Positions 1-12,760 of a DNA stretch of 64,000 nt are shown piece after piece; the stretch's first letter is position 1, and every line of letters begins with the position of its first letter. Location of the stretch: positions 310,001 through 374,000 of the forward strand of contig CT868552.1 of the NCBI GenBank assembly GCA_000165425.1, written 5' to 3'. The stretch is from Paramecium tetraurelia. Lineage: Eukaryota. The notes beneath the pieces were generated by a model. That model was not told the DNA's origin and made no database searches. It saw nothing but the letters and a program-made list of their open reading frames with translations. The position numbers were made by a program, and so were the translations under genes.

Positions 1-783
1 TTATGTGAAAATTATAAAAAATTCTTTAAAAATTGTTATAATAAAGTCTGAGGATGAGCATTAGAATTGTAGCTTGTTTGAATTAAAATTTCTAATTTAG
101 AAAACAATATGAAATTAATAATTAAAGAAAGTAATAGTTATAAAACATCCTTATGTTACTGCACCAAAAATTTGATAATCTTAAACTTTCTCAATCTTCA
201 GAATTTGATTGAATACAGACTTAGAATTTAGCAGAAGTTAATTATTGATTTAGATATCTAAAAAAAAAGTTTAAATAGATTTGTATAAATTTAATAAGAA
301 TGGATAAATTTAAGAATGAATGTTCATGATTTCAAAGTAGATAAAAGTCAACGATTAAATTATTAATGGAAAGGAGAAATAATATTATTAATCATAATAG
401 TCATGATATTTATTTAGTGAAAATGTTTAATATTTGATAAATTTATAGTTTTATGATCTTATTTAGTAAATTTGGCTGAAATTTATTGTAATTGGTATAA
501 AATAAGTGTTGTCCTGAAGATTAGTGAAGTATTTAAATGAAATAATATATAAAGATTTCTTTTATAAAATATAGATCATAGAATGTTTGAATTTTGATAA
601 TACGCAACATTGTTCAATAATCATAAAATACTGATTAGATTGATGGTATTTATATGACGTAGTTAATGATTCTTATAGGAAATGTACTTTACATCATAAA
701 ATTAACCGATCGCACTATGATTTATCGTTTTCTGGATAATATAAGAAAGCATCTTAGGGAGTTTGAATTGTAAAAATTACAAA

Positions 784-1182
784 ATGAAAATTTTAGACGA
801 AATCAAGAAACAAGTAGAGATGGAAATGTAAAAAATAAAGAAAGTATAGCCTACTCGCATTCATCAACCTCTTAATTCTTAATAAAAAAAAGACCTCCTC
901 ATTCTAATTAATAAAGGTGTTTAATTAAAAGATGCCGCCAGAGAAATGAAGGTCACGTATCATGAGGCCAAAATCGCTTATAATGAGTATCGTCGTAAGG
1001 CTCTCAGTAGCCAAAGCGAGACTGAATCTGCCATTCCTGACATCCGAACTGCTGGCGTGAGTTTGTTGAGGGTACCACCTCATCATTTCATTGTCTAGAG
1101 TGTAGTTGAGAATACTATTACATCTGTTCGTAAATTGTACAATGTAATAGTTTAAAATCCAATACTCAACTCAAATATATGA
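784..1182 (+). CDS. Small helix-turn-helix-like protein (132 aa), intronless
   Basis: Open ATG..TGA frame with TAA/TAG=Q. MKILDEIKKQ...PLNSQQKKDLLILINKGVQLKDAAREMKVTYHEAKIAYNEYRRK; the 'LKDAAREMKVTYHEAK' segment has an HTH pattern. Confidence 0.7.
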
Positions 1183-1261
1183 TGATATTTAATTTGTTAT
1201 TTCTTCTTTTAGCACATTCTGCGTCATAAATGTTATGTACTTAAAAAAATATTTAATAATA

Positions 1262-2788
1262 TCAAAACAACTCTAATGTACCCTATTCTTTTTCCTTCTT
1301 TAAGGTTTCAAAATAGCCATAAATGATTGTAACAGACAACAAAATACCAGTTCCTTTGGAAGTTAACTTAAATTCATACCTGAACCGATGGCACCCAAGA
1401 AATCAGCAAGAATGGTCAAAGCACCAATGCACATACCTCCAAAGGAAGCAGCAATTGGGATGTATCTCTTTAACACGTCTTTCATTGATGAATCTCTGTA
1501 TCCAACGATTTACATGTCTTGTTCCTTCAATTATTTGGCAACCTATGAATATATTTAAAAAGCAATACATCTTTTGGTGATGATCCTGAAACATCAATCC
1601 AAGTTTTTGAGAACACAGCACAAGTTCCAAGAATGAATGCAGTATAGAGGATGGTGTGGATTGGATCGAAGATAGCTTCTGAAATTGATCTTGGAGGTGA
1701 CACATAATACACTAATCCTCCAATTGGAACAGTCTATCCATTCTCTAATTCTTGATAATATCCCAATAATCTGATTAAGAAGTTACCCTTGAAGTTTCTG
1801 TAAAGAATTTATGAAAGGAAATAGAGGTTTGATACTAATGCAGTTTATAGGATGATTGGGATGTTGGAGGTATAAAATAATTTGATAGGATATGATGTTA
1901 ATCCTCCTCTGACTTTATTGTTTTTGATTGGGATGTCGACTTTGAATCCTTAGAAGTAGATGACAATCAAAAAGACCAATACTGTTGCTAACAAATTAGT
2001 TAGGTTTGGTAATGAATCTCTCAATATGGCTGATTGAAGAGCACTTATTTTGTCACTCTATACAAACAATCCATGTAATAATGCAATAATGGCACCTTCA
2101 TATTCTAATCCCAATTCAGTTTTGTGAGTAATTGGTGAAAATGCTTTCCACATAATGTTCTCACAGATATTTATAGCTATAAACAAAGAAGTTCCTGAGT
2201 TTCCAATTCCATATCCCTTTGATAGTAATTCATCAATCATAATCATGACGATTGCTGAAAATACCAACTATATTATAATAAGAATTGCATTTCCTGCACC
2301 CAATTTATCCAAATCTCCATACATTCCTGACCAGACATATGCGAAGGCTTCTCCAAAAGCAATAAGAATTCCCAACACTAGAAAATCAATTAGTATTTAT
2401 ACATTTTTATGCTCCTGAATACAGTTATTTGTCTTCCTTTACATTCTAATCAACGTCAATCAATTTGGCACCAGCCAATAGTTACATTATCATAGATGCT
2501 GTGACCATTGGTGAAATACCCAATTCCATTAAAGTACCTCTGTTTGATGCCAAGATGACTCTCATCCAATAAAATGGATCACCAGCAGATGATTTGTAAA
2601 TACCATAAAGTGGGATCTATGAACAAATCAAATACAGCAATGTTGCTATGGCTGTCCAAAGTGCTCTATATTTAAATAGAATCTAAATTTCGTATTTAAT
2701 ATCATACTCTTCTTTCTGGTTCAGCTACGTCTGGGATGATAGCCATAGCTGGCCTCATGTAATTCAGAATCTTGGTTTTGTTTGGCAT
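1262..2788 (-). CDS. SEC61A: Sec61 translocon alpha subunit
   Basis: [24 protein letters not shown]..., [96 protein letters not shown]. Four tiny introns (e.g. 1354-1379). Confidence 0.97.
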
Positions 2789-3159
2789 TTTTATTATTGA
2801 TTTTAAACTTCATTTTTTCACTTTTAATTCTTCCCACACACGTGGGTAATATATTTATTAATTATTTCGTTATTTTTACACTTACAATATATACATTTGG
2901 TATATCAAAACTCTCATTATCAGTACTTAAATCTAAAAATAATATATTCAATTGATTATATATAATTGTCATCATTCAAAAATTCTATTAATTAAATGTT
3001 TTCTCATATTTATATTCTTGATCTCTTACACCCAAAAAGATGATTTACACAATTATATTTATTCCCAAGTAGATATGATCCTCTGGCATAAGAGATTGGA
3101 ATTATGATTGTAGAGAGATTATATTAATAAATTTATATTGATACAGATCCACATGTTTT

Positions 3160-3849
3160 TCATTTCAAAGTACCCTTTGGAAAATTATAAAACATTGTTG
3201 TCATATAATACCCGGAATTCCATAGTGTTTTCATAGTCGTGGATATCAACTCAATTTAACTACCAAAATCCTTAATTTCTAACATTCGTCTACAATTAAA
3301 TGAATTTTCTCACCTCTCCAAGAAATCCCAAGTCATAAAAAAGTTTGGTGATTTATCAGTTAACATAAAGAGTTCTGTAGAAATGTAGATATATAAAAAC
3401 ATCATTCTCTTAGTATAGTGATTGTAATCTTATGATTTATCACCAGCCAAATACCAACAATCATCAGCAAATTACCATAGAATGGCACTTGTTTAATTTG
3501 CATTCTAAGCTCCCAAAGCCATAGCTTCATTCCATCTGCCCATATAAGGACCTTGCAATTGTAATCTTTATTTTATTAAGTTCTTGATTTTGTTGCTAAT
3601 AGTAAATTGCTTAAAATTTTCATCAAATGTCATGGTGTCGATAATTTCACGATTCCATTTTCTCATTGAATAATGTATTAAATCTATTGGTTGGATGACT
3701 GTGGATGCAGCACTTGAGATATTAAGATCTAGACATGCTTATTATAATGCCTTATTGTTGAATCCGTGATTGATGGCGTGTATGAGACTCAAGTTAAATA
3801 GTTTGTTTCTAATATCACAAAAGTGGAATTTAGCTATGAATCTATACAT
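3160..3849 (-). CDS. COQ9: Ubiquinone biosynthesis protein COQ9
   Basis: RLQLQGPYMGRWNEAMALG...ADDCWYLAGDKSQDYNHYTKR...STELFMLTDKSPNFFMTWDFLERR matches the COQ9 C-terminal signature. One 24-nt intron at 3290-3313. Confidence 0.9.
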
Positions 3850-4015
3850 AAATAATAATTAAATATTTTCTAAATTTAAGAGATTACTAAAAACTTTTTA
3901 CTGCAATAATCCGAGGATTTTTATTATATTAAACTCTGACTTAGATAATTTGAATAATTATGACCTAATTGATTTGAATGTTGGAGGAAATGATAAGTAT
4001 TATAAATAAACAAAT

Positions 4016-4540
4016 TCATTTTTTTTGATATAGTCTTAAGGGTTGTAAAGGAGTGCTTCTTCTACTTTTGGAGGAATCAAAATAATGGAAAACACTTGTT
4101 GCGTGATTAAAATTAAGATCAATGAAATTATTTACTTTTTGTTATAGTTGTTTCTATTTGAAAGTGCTGTTTAGATAAGATTCGATATTGAATTGCATTT
4201 TCTTATTAATTTCTTAAGATGTAAGCAACAAATTCTTGTTGATCTCCTTCAAATCCTCATTGCCAGATAAATCCAAGTCCTTCATAAAACTCTCGCTAGA
4301 ATCACGAATTGCATGATTGTGATTGATTACAGGACTTTAATGATGCGAGAGTTATTTTTTGCGTGAAAAGAAACATTTTTACTTCTTGACTTTGAAATCA
4401 TTTATTTTAGGTTATGGAGAACAATTGGGTAATTTGGAATGCATCTTGGGAGTGTACTTAGTTTGAGTATGATTGCGAGACGTATAAATTTAATAGATTT
4501 GTTTATGTCGAGGATTGCAGATCAAAGTGGAGTTATTCAT
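4016..4540 (-). CDS. Hypothetical protein (174 aa)
   Basis: Continuous ATG..TGA frame under the ciliate code (MNNSTLICNPRHKQIY...RLYQKK*). Confidence 0.6.
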
Positions 4541-4551
4541 TATAATAATAA

Positions 4552-4863
4552 TCAAGCGAAATAGAGATGTGCGGTTGTGGTGAAATCGAATTTTTTGAAT
4601 CTATGTTAGGGAGTCTTAGGTCCTGTGCTAATCGTTGCAGTTTCCGTCCGAATTCGAAATCTCTATGATTAAGGGGAGTTCCCTCGAGAAACTGAACGGA
4701 CTATGTGATGCAGTTCTGCATTTGTGAGAAAAGTAGATTCACACATCTCATTCAACTTGATCTTGAGATCTAACACTTCTTTGTCCTTCTTATAAAAGTA
4801 AAGAGCCTTCCTCAACTTTATAGTAGACACTACTCTCTAGGGAGTTAATTATTTTGATTTCAT
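4552..4863 (-). CDS. Hypothetical protein (103 aa)
   Basis: Continuous frame MKSKQLTPQRVVSTIKLRKALYFYKKDKEVLDLK...TTAHLYFA* with coding-like GC content. Confidence 0.55.
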
Positions 4864-5501
4864 TAATTTTAATGCTGAATCATTTTAATTGTTATATTGA
4901 ACTTGAGATCACATGCTACTAATCAAACAATCAGTCAGTAAAATCATATATTCCATCTCTAATCCGTAATTAAATGCCTTCAACACTTTTCGTTATTTGT
5001 TATTCAGATAACGAATTATGAAAAAAAATATGTATTGAAAAATAAGAATTTATTTAGCAAGGGATAAATATCTACAAAATGAGATATAATCTTATTTTAT
5101 TTATATGATTTCGATATCGCATCTAATTAAAAATAAAATAAAATTATTTACTATTAAATTTCTATTTTCAAGCCAAAACAGAAATTAAAAATACCTTAGA
5201 ATTAATAATGATATTTGAGATGATAATTATGCCTTTGATCATTTTTAATATTATTACTTACAAGGCAATTTAAATGATTCATAACCATTTAAAAAATCTA
5301 TGCTATTAAAAAATTCATAAATGCATTAAAAATCCAATGTGTAATCCAATTAACAATTAAATGGGTGTATTGAGACAACACTTCCTTTTGTGATTGCAGT
5401 TATATTTAATCAAAAAATATGAAGAATTATGTAGATATAAGTATTGATTGATGTAATTTGAATTTAAATTTGATAACAGACTTAAATGAAGTTATATTTT
5501 A

Positions 5502-8500
5502 TCATTAAATTTTGATCCATTTGGTTAGAATAAATAATAATGCATCGATCATTATAGGTTTAGATAAGAAATCGTGGAAGGGCAATTTCATAATTTCTTT
5601 TCTATTTTCTTAATGCATATCTCCCATTAAAGCAATAATTTTAGGTTCGACTCTAAATTTGACATAGATCTCTTTGATTTCAGCGAATATTGAAGCTAAA
5701 TCTTCCTCATTTTATTCTACTCCTATGAATAATAATTCCAAGCCTTTACAACAATGTTACACTCTGCTTACATTTTTATTTAGAGCACTCACAATCATCT
5801 ATCTTTACGTGATGTATTCATAAAGAATTCCAAGATTGTCAAGTTAATGTGACATAGCATAAAGATCTAGATCTATGCTTTCATATATCAAAATTTTAGG
5901 ACACTTTAATAATGATTAATATTTATACTTGGCAGTTGAATTAGAATTTTTACTATTTCAGTTTTTCCATTTTTTCAAAACAATCCAATAGATCATTTGG
6001 TTACATACTTCCACTAGAATAGCCCAACGATGAATAGATTGACGATCTGGGCTATGCAAAGCCTCCGAATGTTAATTATTGAGAAGGTTGAGATATAAAA
6101 AGCTCTTGTCTCTTTTTATCCTCATTTATGTAATCAAAAAAGTAGGGTTCTGCTTGTTCCATTTAGTCCACTTTAATTGATAATCCAATTCTGGATTCAA
6201 TTGATATTGCATCATATTCCTAGACATCAGACTCATTTTAATCAGATTCTATAAGTTTCTCTTTAATTCCAATATACACATTCTTCTTTATCTATTTACA
6301 TTCTAATAAGTCATTTGAAACTGGCAAATCAGACTATCCTCTCTAGAGTCCTTCTTTATTGACAAAGAGCTAATGAAAGGTTTTTTGATTCTATATAACA
6401 GATAGTCTTTTTTAGGATAACAATTCATTAAACTGGGTATTTAGATTTTAAACCTTGATAATGAATTGAAGACTTTCTAAATTTTCGACTCTTTCATAAT
6501 CATATTCAAAAGGAATTGATGATAAATATTTGGTTAAGTAAAATGCTATGAGCATGGATTATGAATATTGTTTTAATTTTGATAATTCTATGACTTTGGA
6601 TTATAAAGATTGAGATTTAAAAAACCTTACTGTTTTATTGATCATTTTTAATATCTAAAAGTTAGTCTCAAGTGCATTAACTTTTATGATAATATCAACA
6701 TGATCAGAATTAAGTGAGCACTTCCTCACTAGTAATATTATCTTTCCTTTGATAGTGGCTTAAATGACAGTGACCAACAAATCAATTAAAACTTATCTTA
6801 ATCTATTTGGATCAGTTCTGATAAATTGAGGAACCTTTTATTCAATAGTTACAATTAGTTTTAGACCCCTAAAGGTAGCTTGAGATTTCACTACATTCAG
6901 TATATCAGATATAAATGTATGCATTTAGATGTCAATTAATGTTAATTCTAATTTGGTTCTCTTCAATAATTGGACATAATCCAAAATATCATTAGCAGTA
7001 TTAATTAGTAATTTACAACCTGCCAAAGCTGGATTTATGTATTTTTCTCGTGTATCCTCTGGAATCGTATTCTAAAATCATAGATGCCATAGGTTATACC
7101 ATAATTATTTCTAACATAGATATTGTGCTATTTAAGGGTTATCGTATTCTCTATGAGATATCACTAATTAAATAATCATCACTATTCTTATTGTTATCTA
7201 AGATTTGTGAAATTTCAAGTTCATTAGTGACATCGGATACAAATAGAATTTAATACAGCTTCTATTTATGCACCAATGGAGATAACAAGATTTACAAATT
7301 AAGAGTATCATATTTGATGTATGTTTTAATTGAAAAGTCTACCAGGGAGTGAGTTTTAGAGTATTTAAGATGGTTAAAAGCCATTAGATTATCTAATACA
7401 AATTTTAGAGTTATGTTCTTGCCTATGAGCTAAAACTTTTGAATTGGATGAATTTGCTTATCAAATTGATAAAATGGAACTCAATTATATAAAATCATAT
7501 TTTACTCTAAGGTTTAGCTAAATTTCAAGAATGATTCAATATCATTGCTTTGATGAAGTTTAGGAATGATCATATAGATTTCATCTGCACTAATACCACT
7601 ATCAACTATCTTAGCTTCAAACAACTTTAAATTCAATTTCTCATTCTTCAAAATCAGATTGCTTAAAATAGGATTGATGATTTAGGCTTATTAGAATGAA
7701 TTATCAATTATATATATTCCTTAATCAAAACTAGTTAGCAAAACCTCATATAAATGATCCTATTAAATGGATTCTGTTAAGTTATCATCTATTTTTTAAT
7801 CCATCGGAATGGCGGACTGATTCTTCTTCTCTGAAATCTCAATACAAAATTGGGTATGAGCTTATTTCGGACTTAGGACTCGATTTGATTATAGTTGGGA
7901 ATAATTTATGTTGTTATTAGCACTCATAGCTATTAATTAAGCATTAGAGTAACTCTTATTGTTCTTCTGACTTGAGATTATTACATATATTTATAACAAT
8001 ACGTGCATAATAGTTAATCTAACTGCAAATGATATGTTACTCTTTGAATCAAATTTAAAATGTCTAGTAAGACTATATATGAGATTAAATAAAAGTGCAA
8101 GTGTTTAGCAAATTTAAGATTCAATCGCAAATACAAAACAAAGCACAATTACAAATTATTCAAGCAATGATTAGTGCAAAGTGTTTTATATATTAATATC
8201 CAATTCTTCCCAACATATGATAACACATATACATTTTAATAATGTTATTAAATTTATTAATCTATTTTTTATTTTTAATAATTTTATCATTAGTACATGA
8301 AAGAAAGCAATCAAAAAGATTTGAGCCTAATATCACAATATATTTTACCAAAATTCGATAAATCAATATAAATTTCTCACCCTAAATATTTTCTGTTGCT
8401 GCCTCTCCTGCAACTACCATCGCGTCGCTTAATTAATAGATCGATATTAGAACCATTAGCCTTTTCCATGAATCAATATTCTTCAGATTTTCTGAACGAA

Positions 8501-8531
8501 TTACAAAATAATCCCTTAAAATATATTACAT
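5502..8531 (-). CDS. Multi-pass membrane hybrid histidine-kinase-like protein (degenerate HisKA + HATPase + receiver)
   Basis: N-terminal hydrophobic segments. HisKA-like ISDISQRIRQPLNSTISMLE...NTANDILDYVQL; HATPase-entry motif PQFIRTDPNRLRQVLI; C-terminal receiver-like CPKILIYES...KIIALMG...HDFLSKPI. Tiny introns restore the frame. Confidence 0.85.
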
Positions 8532-8554
8532 AAATTAATAATAATTTAATCTAA

Positions 8555-9788
8555 TCATTCTTTCTGAGAGCTTTATGTTTAATTTTCTAATGAAATTAAT
8601 CTATGAAATCTCTTTCCATCTAATTCTTTCATTTTTCTAAACACACTTTGGTCTTCATCGATCGAATCCATCTGTGCTTGGGTTTCCTATTCTTCGATTA
8701 TCACATTCACATTATATTGTTGTTGTTTCATCATCTGTAAATGGGGGTAAACAACATCTTTCTCTGAATAACCGCAACCGTTCAATAGTTTCCGAAATAA
8801 CTGTTTATATTTTTCATATTCCTAAGGGTAATCGCTGAATGATGATTATTTAACTCCATTGTAAAATTGAATAAATTCCAATGGGGCTCCCTTGAAGGAC
8901 AGTTCCGGTAGCAATGTTAATTTAACTTGTTCCAACTTTTTAATTTTAAGTCCCCTGTTCTCTTCTTTTATGTCTAGGAGTTAGGCAAATCCGCCATAAT
9001 AGAGTATGATCAAGGCTAGAGATTCAAGGTCGTCCTTGGGAGAAGAGACTAGATTCTAATATATGACAATTACCTTGTTCTAAATGCTGATTCAGACTTG
9101 AGAATTTATTTAGAAACCTTTTGTTCTAAGAATTGCGTAATGTATCATTTACAATGATATTATTTTGCTGTTTCCTGTATCTACAAGCATACTTAAAATC
9201 GGTCAATAAAATTTCTTAACCACTTTGAGAGATTAACAATTTCTTGGGTCTAATATTGCGATGAATGATCAATTGCTTATGGATTTGCTCCAGACAAGTA
9301 AGCTATTTTAGTTGGATTCATTTACAGTCTGGATTGCCATCACACATAGTATTGTAATAGGGATGTTTTTGGATAAGTAATTGTAAACTAGCTTTAAGGA
9401 AGGTCCATGACGCTCCATCACTTAATAATGATAAAGTTATTCCTTGATTATTTGTTCTCCGATGGACAGAATTCTTGTAGTGCATTTACCTATATACAAA
9501 CTTATTTTACTATCTTTTAGTTTGTTCAAGAAGTACTACTCAAAATTCTGTTCTGAGGCATTAGTTCTTTAATAAATGGAATTGGCTACCTGCGCATTTT
9601 GATCAATACGAACTTGTTTTATTCTTCAGAACAGTCTCTTTTTACAGCTAGCTAGGCTTTCAATCTCTACCTATGTATAAATTGTAGGTGTTTCCTTTGT
9701 ATATGTTTTTCACTATTATGTATTCATTATCAATTACAACATAATTGGGGATTTCATTTGTTGATCTGGTCTATGAAGTATTTAGCAT
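8555..9788 (-). CDS. Casein kinase 1-like pseudokinase
   Basis: VLIK, VMERHGPSLKLVY, IIHRNIRPKKLL, TDFKYA and SPKDDLESL (CK1 SRRDDLESL). Five tiny introns. Confidence 0.85.
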
Positions 9789-10042
9789 TTTTAATTTTAT
9801 TAACAAATGTTATATAAAATATTATTTACTTTCCATGGAATCATGGTAGACTGGAGGGAGAGAGTGGGGAAGGGGCAATACTCAATTATGAGAATGGCAA
9901 AAAGAGTGGGATATAAGATTTGAATAAAAATGTATAATTTATTTTTGTTATATGAGTAATATTAATTGGAAATAAAAATTCATTATTGAATTTGTTCATT
10001 ATGGTTTCAAAAATTTTGAGGGTATTTTGTAATTAATTAAAA

Positions 10043-12055
10043 ATGTTAGATTTTTCAGATGACTCCTACTCTTTTTAAATTTAACCTGTTAATTAAAGAA
10101 AGAAGAATATTAAACTATTAGTTAAATTGATGAAACATCACAAAATTGCTAAATTGAATCAATCTATTACACTTGATAGGAATTTAGATTAACTCTATGA
10201 GAATTATAAGAACATTAATACATAGGCTGAAGAAATAGTGGAAGTTCAATAAATTCTGAGTGCTGTTTATAATAAGGGACACATAAGTAGGTAAATACCA
10301 AGAGAGAGGAAATTTAAATTTAGTCAGAAACTAAACCCAGAGAGATTGAGATAGGACGAAAGTGTTGAAGAAAGCGAAGATGACGAAGTGGAAGTAAACA
10401 AAAAAATAAAAAATGAAATTAAACAGAAATTACTATACTTAATAATAAATAAAGTACCTTTGCCTTTTATTTTAAATTTTATTGAATTCCAAAAGAAAAG
10501 AGAGTAATTGGTCAAACTCAAAATAAGATGTGAAGATTCCTTGTTAGATTCACTCAATTTTACATTGATCAAAGACCATAGGAACGAGGAAGAATTGAAT
10601 TAAAACCTGAAATGCATAGAAATTATTAAAATGAAAGAACTCTTAATGATGAGTCTTGAGCAATTAGAAAAGAGCAAGGAGAGTATATTGACTGAATTAA
10701 ATGAAATGTTTCTTGATTTAAAATCATGTAAAACTTAATTGATGAAAAAACTTGAATTCTTCTAATAATATGACGATAGTTTGGATCCTTAAATTAATAA
10801 GCTACTAGGAATTATTAGGAATCTTATTAATTTCTGTAAATCTAAGTCATCATTGAATGGTTAATTTGATAAATCAGTCCTGATGCCTAGGAAAAACGGG
10901 TTGAGATGGCTACAAAAGATAATTATGTTAAATTGTTGGGTTTCTTAGATATCATTTCCAGAGATCTTGATCTACATATAGATGAAAGGAGATTTAGACA
11001 AAAACAAATCCAATCCAAAAAGACAATGTGTTATTCAATTATCTAAAAAACTAGATTTCCTTAGAAAGATATATAATATCCCTGAAGTCAGAAAGAAATG
11101 TTGGGATCAGAAGGTAGTGCTAATGGATCAAAGTAAACGAACTCCAAGTTATATTCTCTAAGAATACAATCTGCATTTACATCAATTACACAAAAACCTA
11201 TTTTATGACAAATTGTACTTGGACAATATGCAAGATTACGTTTTGGAATCACAATTAAGAATGTTGGTTTAGAGGTTTTAACAACAGAAGTATCAGATTT
11301 TTGAAGCATATCAAGATTTGAGATGCCAAATTAATATGATCCCAATCAATATTTTATATAAGGATTATTTGGAATGGTATAAATACGACATTGAGTAGCT
11401 ATCAAGATTAGATTATATCAAACACGCGAAAGATGTGATTGTGGTTTGTCTGATTAAACATTTAGGAATGCTGTTGAGAAAGGAGAACATTTTTAAATCT
11501 GAATCAGAAATTATTAGATTCAATTTTGATTATAGGTTCTCCTATTCAATTTATTATAAAGAGAAAGACAAAGGAGATATGTATTAATGCAACAAATACT
11601 TCTATATTAAAATACTGCTTTGCGACTTTATAGCCATGGATTAACCATTCCCATACTTATTTCGATACTTAACCCTAAGACTTGAAAAGTTGGAATCTAA
11701 TAATTCCGAAGAGATTTTGGCTCAATTATTGAGTGAGAAAAACGTGAGGAACTACCTAATGACGAAGTATAATTTAAAAATTGGACTAGAACAAACAGGC
11801 AATCGAATAATCATTACCACTATTCCACTTTCATTTGATGACATCACAAGAGAATTATATTATATCCCATGGGAATACGTAGTAACCTCCTCTTTATCAA
11901 TTATCTACAGATACAGGAATTACTTAAGGAATGAAATTTTTTAGATGATTTCAAGCAGAGAATATTAAGATTATAAGTCAAATTTGAAAGCAGACTCGAG
12001 ACTTTATTTATAATAATCAGAGATCATAACCAAACTGGAAAATATATAAAAATGA
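10043..12055 (+). CDS. Hypothetical protein (670 aa), intronless
   Basis: Single 2013-nt frame with no TGA. It includes the track ORF 11690-11944. No recognisable domain. Confidence 0.75.
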
Positions 12056-12760
12056 TATGTAAAAATGAATAAACTGTTATTAAGTATATTTCAAAACTAA
12101 ATTTTTGCTATTTTTAAAACTATATATAGACATCATTAATATATTTGTATTTTAAATCTATAAATTTCATCTCCGTATTTACATATCAAAATGGTCTGTT
12201 TTCTATTGTGTTGTTTATTTAAATAGTTCATTTCAATCACTTTACAATCAGATACGAAAGGTATTATAACCATCTAGACCAATAGATGCAATCATTGAGT
12301 GATATTGATATACTCGGTTTAGATATTTTTTCAATATTGGCTGTAAAATTAATCTAACTATTTGGAATCATTCAATATATAGTTAGGATAATATACGAAG
12401 ATTAAATTCCAATTAAAATGTTTTAAGAGTTTGTATAAGCAATATTGGATTGAACTACTAATTATTCTTTTATTTAGAGATCCCTGTCAGAATCATAATC
12501 GAATAATTCTACAATGTATTTAGATTAATTTAAAGCATAGAACTTTACATTTATTTCACAACTGGATTGATTATATTAAGGTTCTTGTAATTATTTTTAT
12601 GTATTAAATTAACACCTTAGAAATGAGATAAATCATATCATCATCTCTCAGGATGTATTTTAATCAAAAAGATCATTTAGTATTATTATTGGTAATTTCT
12701 CAATGAATCGACAAATATATAATATAATTATCAAATAATACTTAGCAGATTTAATATCAA

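Noticed and set aside
1323..2418. Plus-strand track ORFs 1323-1580 and 2155-2418
   Set aside because: Antisense shadows of SEC61A.
3600..3630. Apparent frameshift in COQ9
   Set aside because: Recounting shows a continuous frame (TFDENFKQFT).
10800..11040. Suspected frame change or retained IES in the 670-aa hypothetical gene
   Set aside because: Recounting shows one uninterrupted frame from 10043 to 12055.
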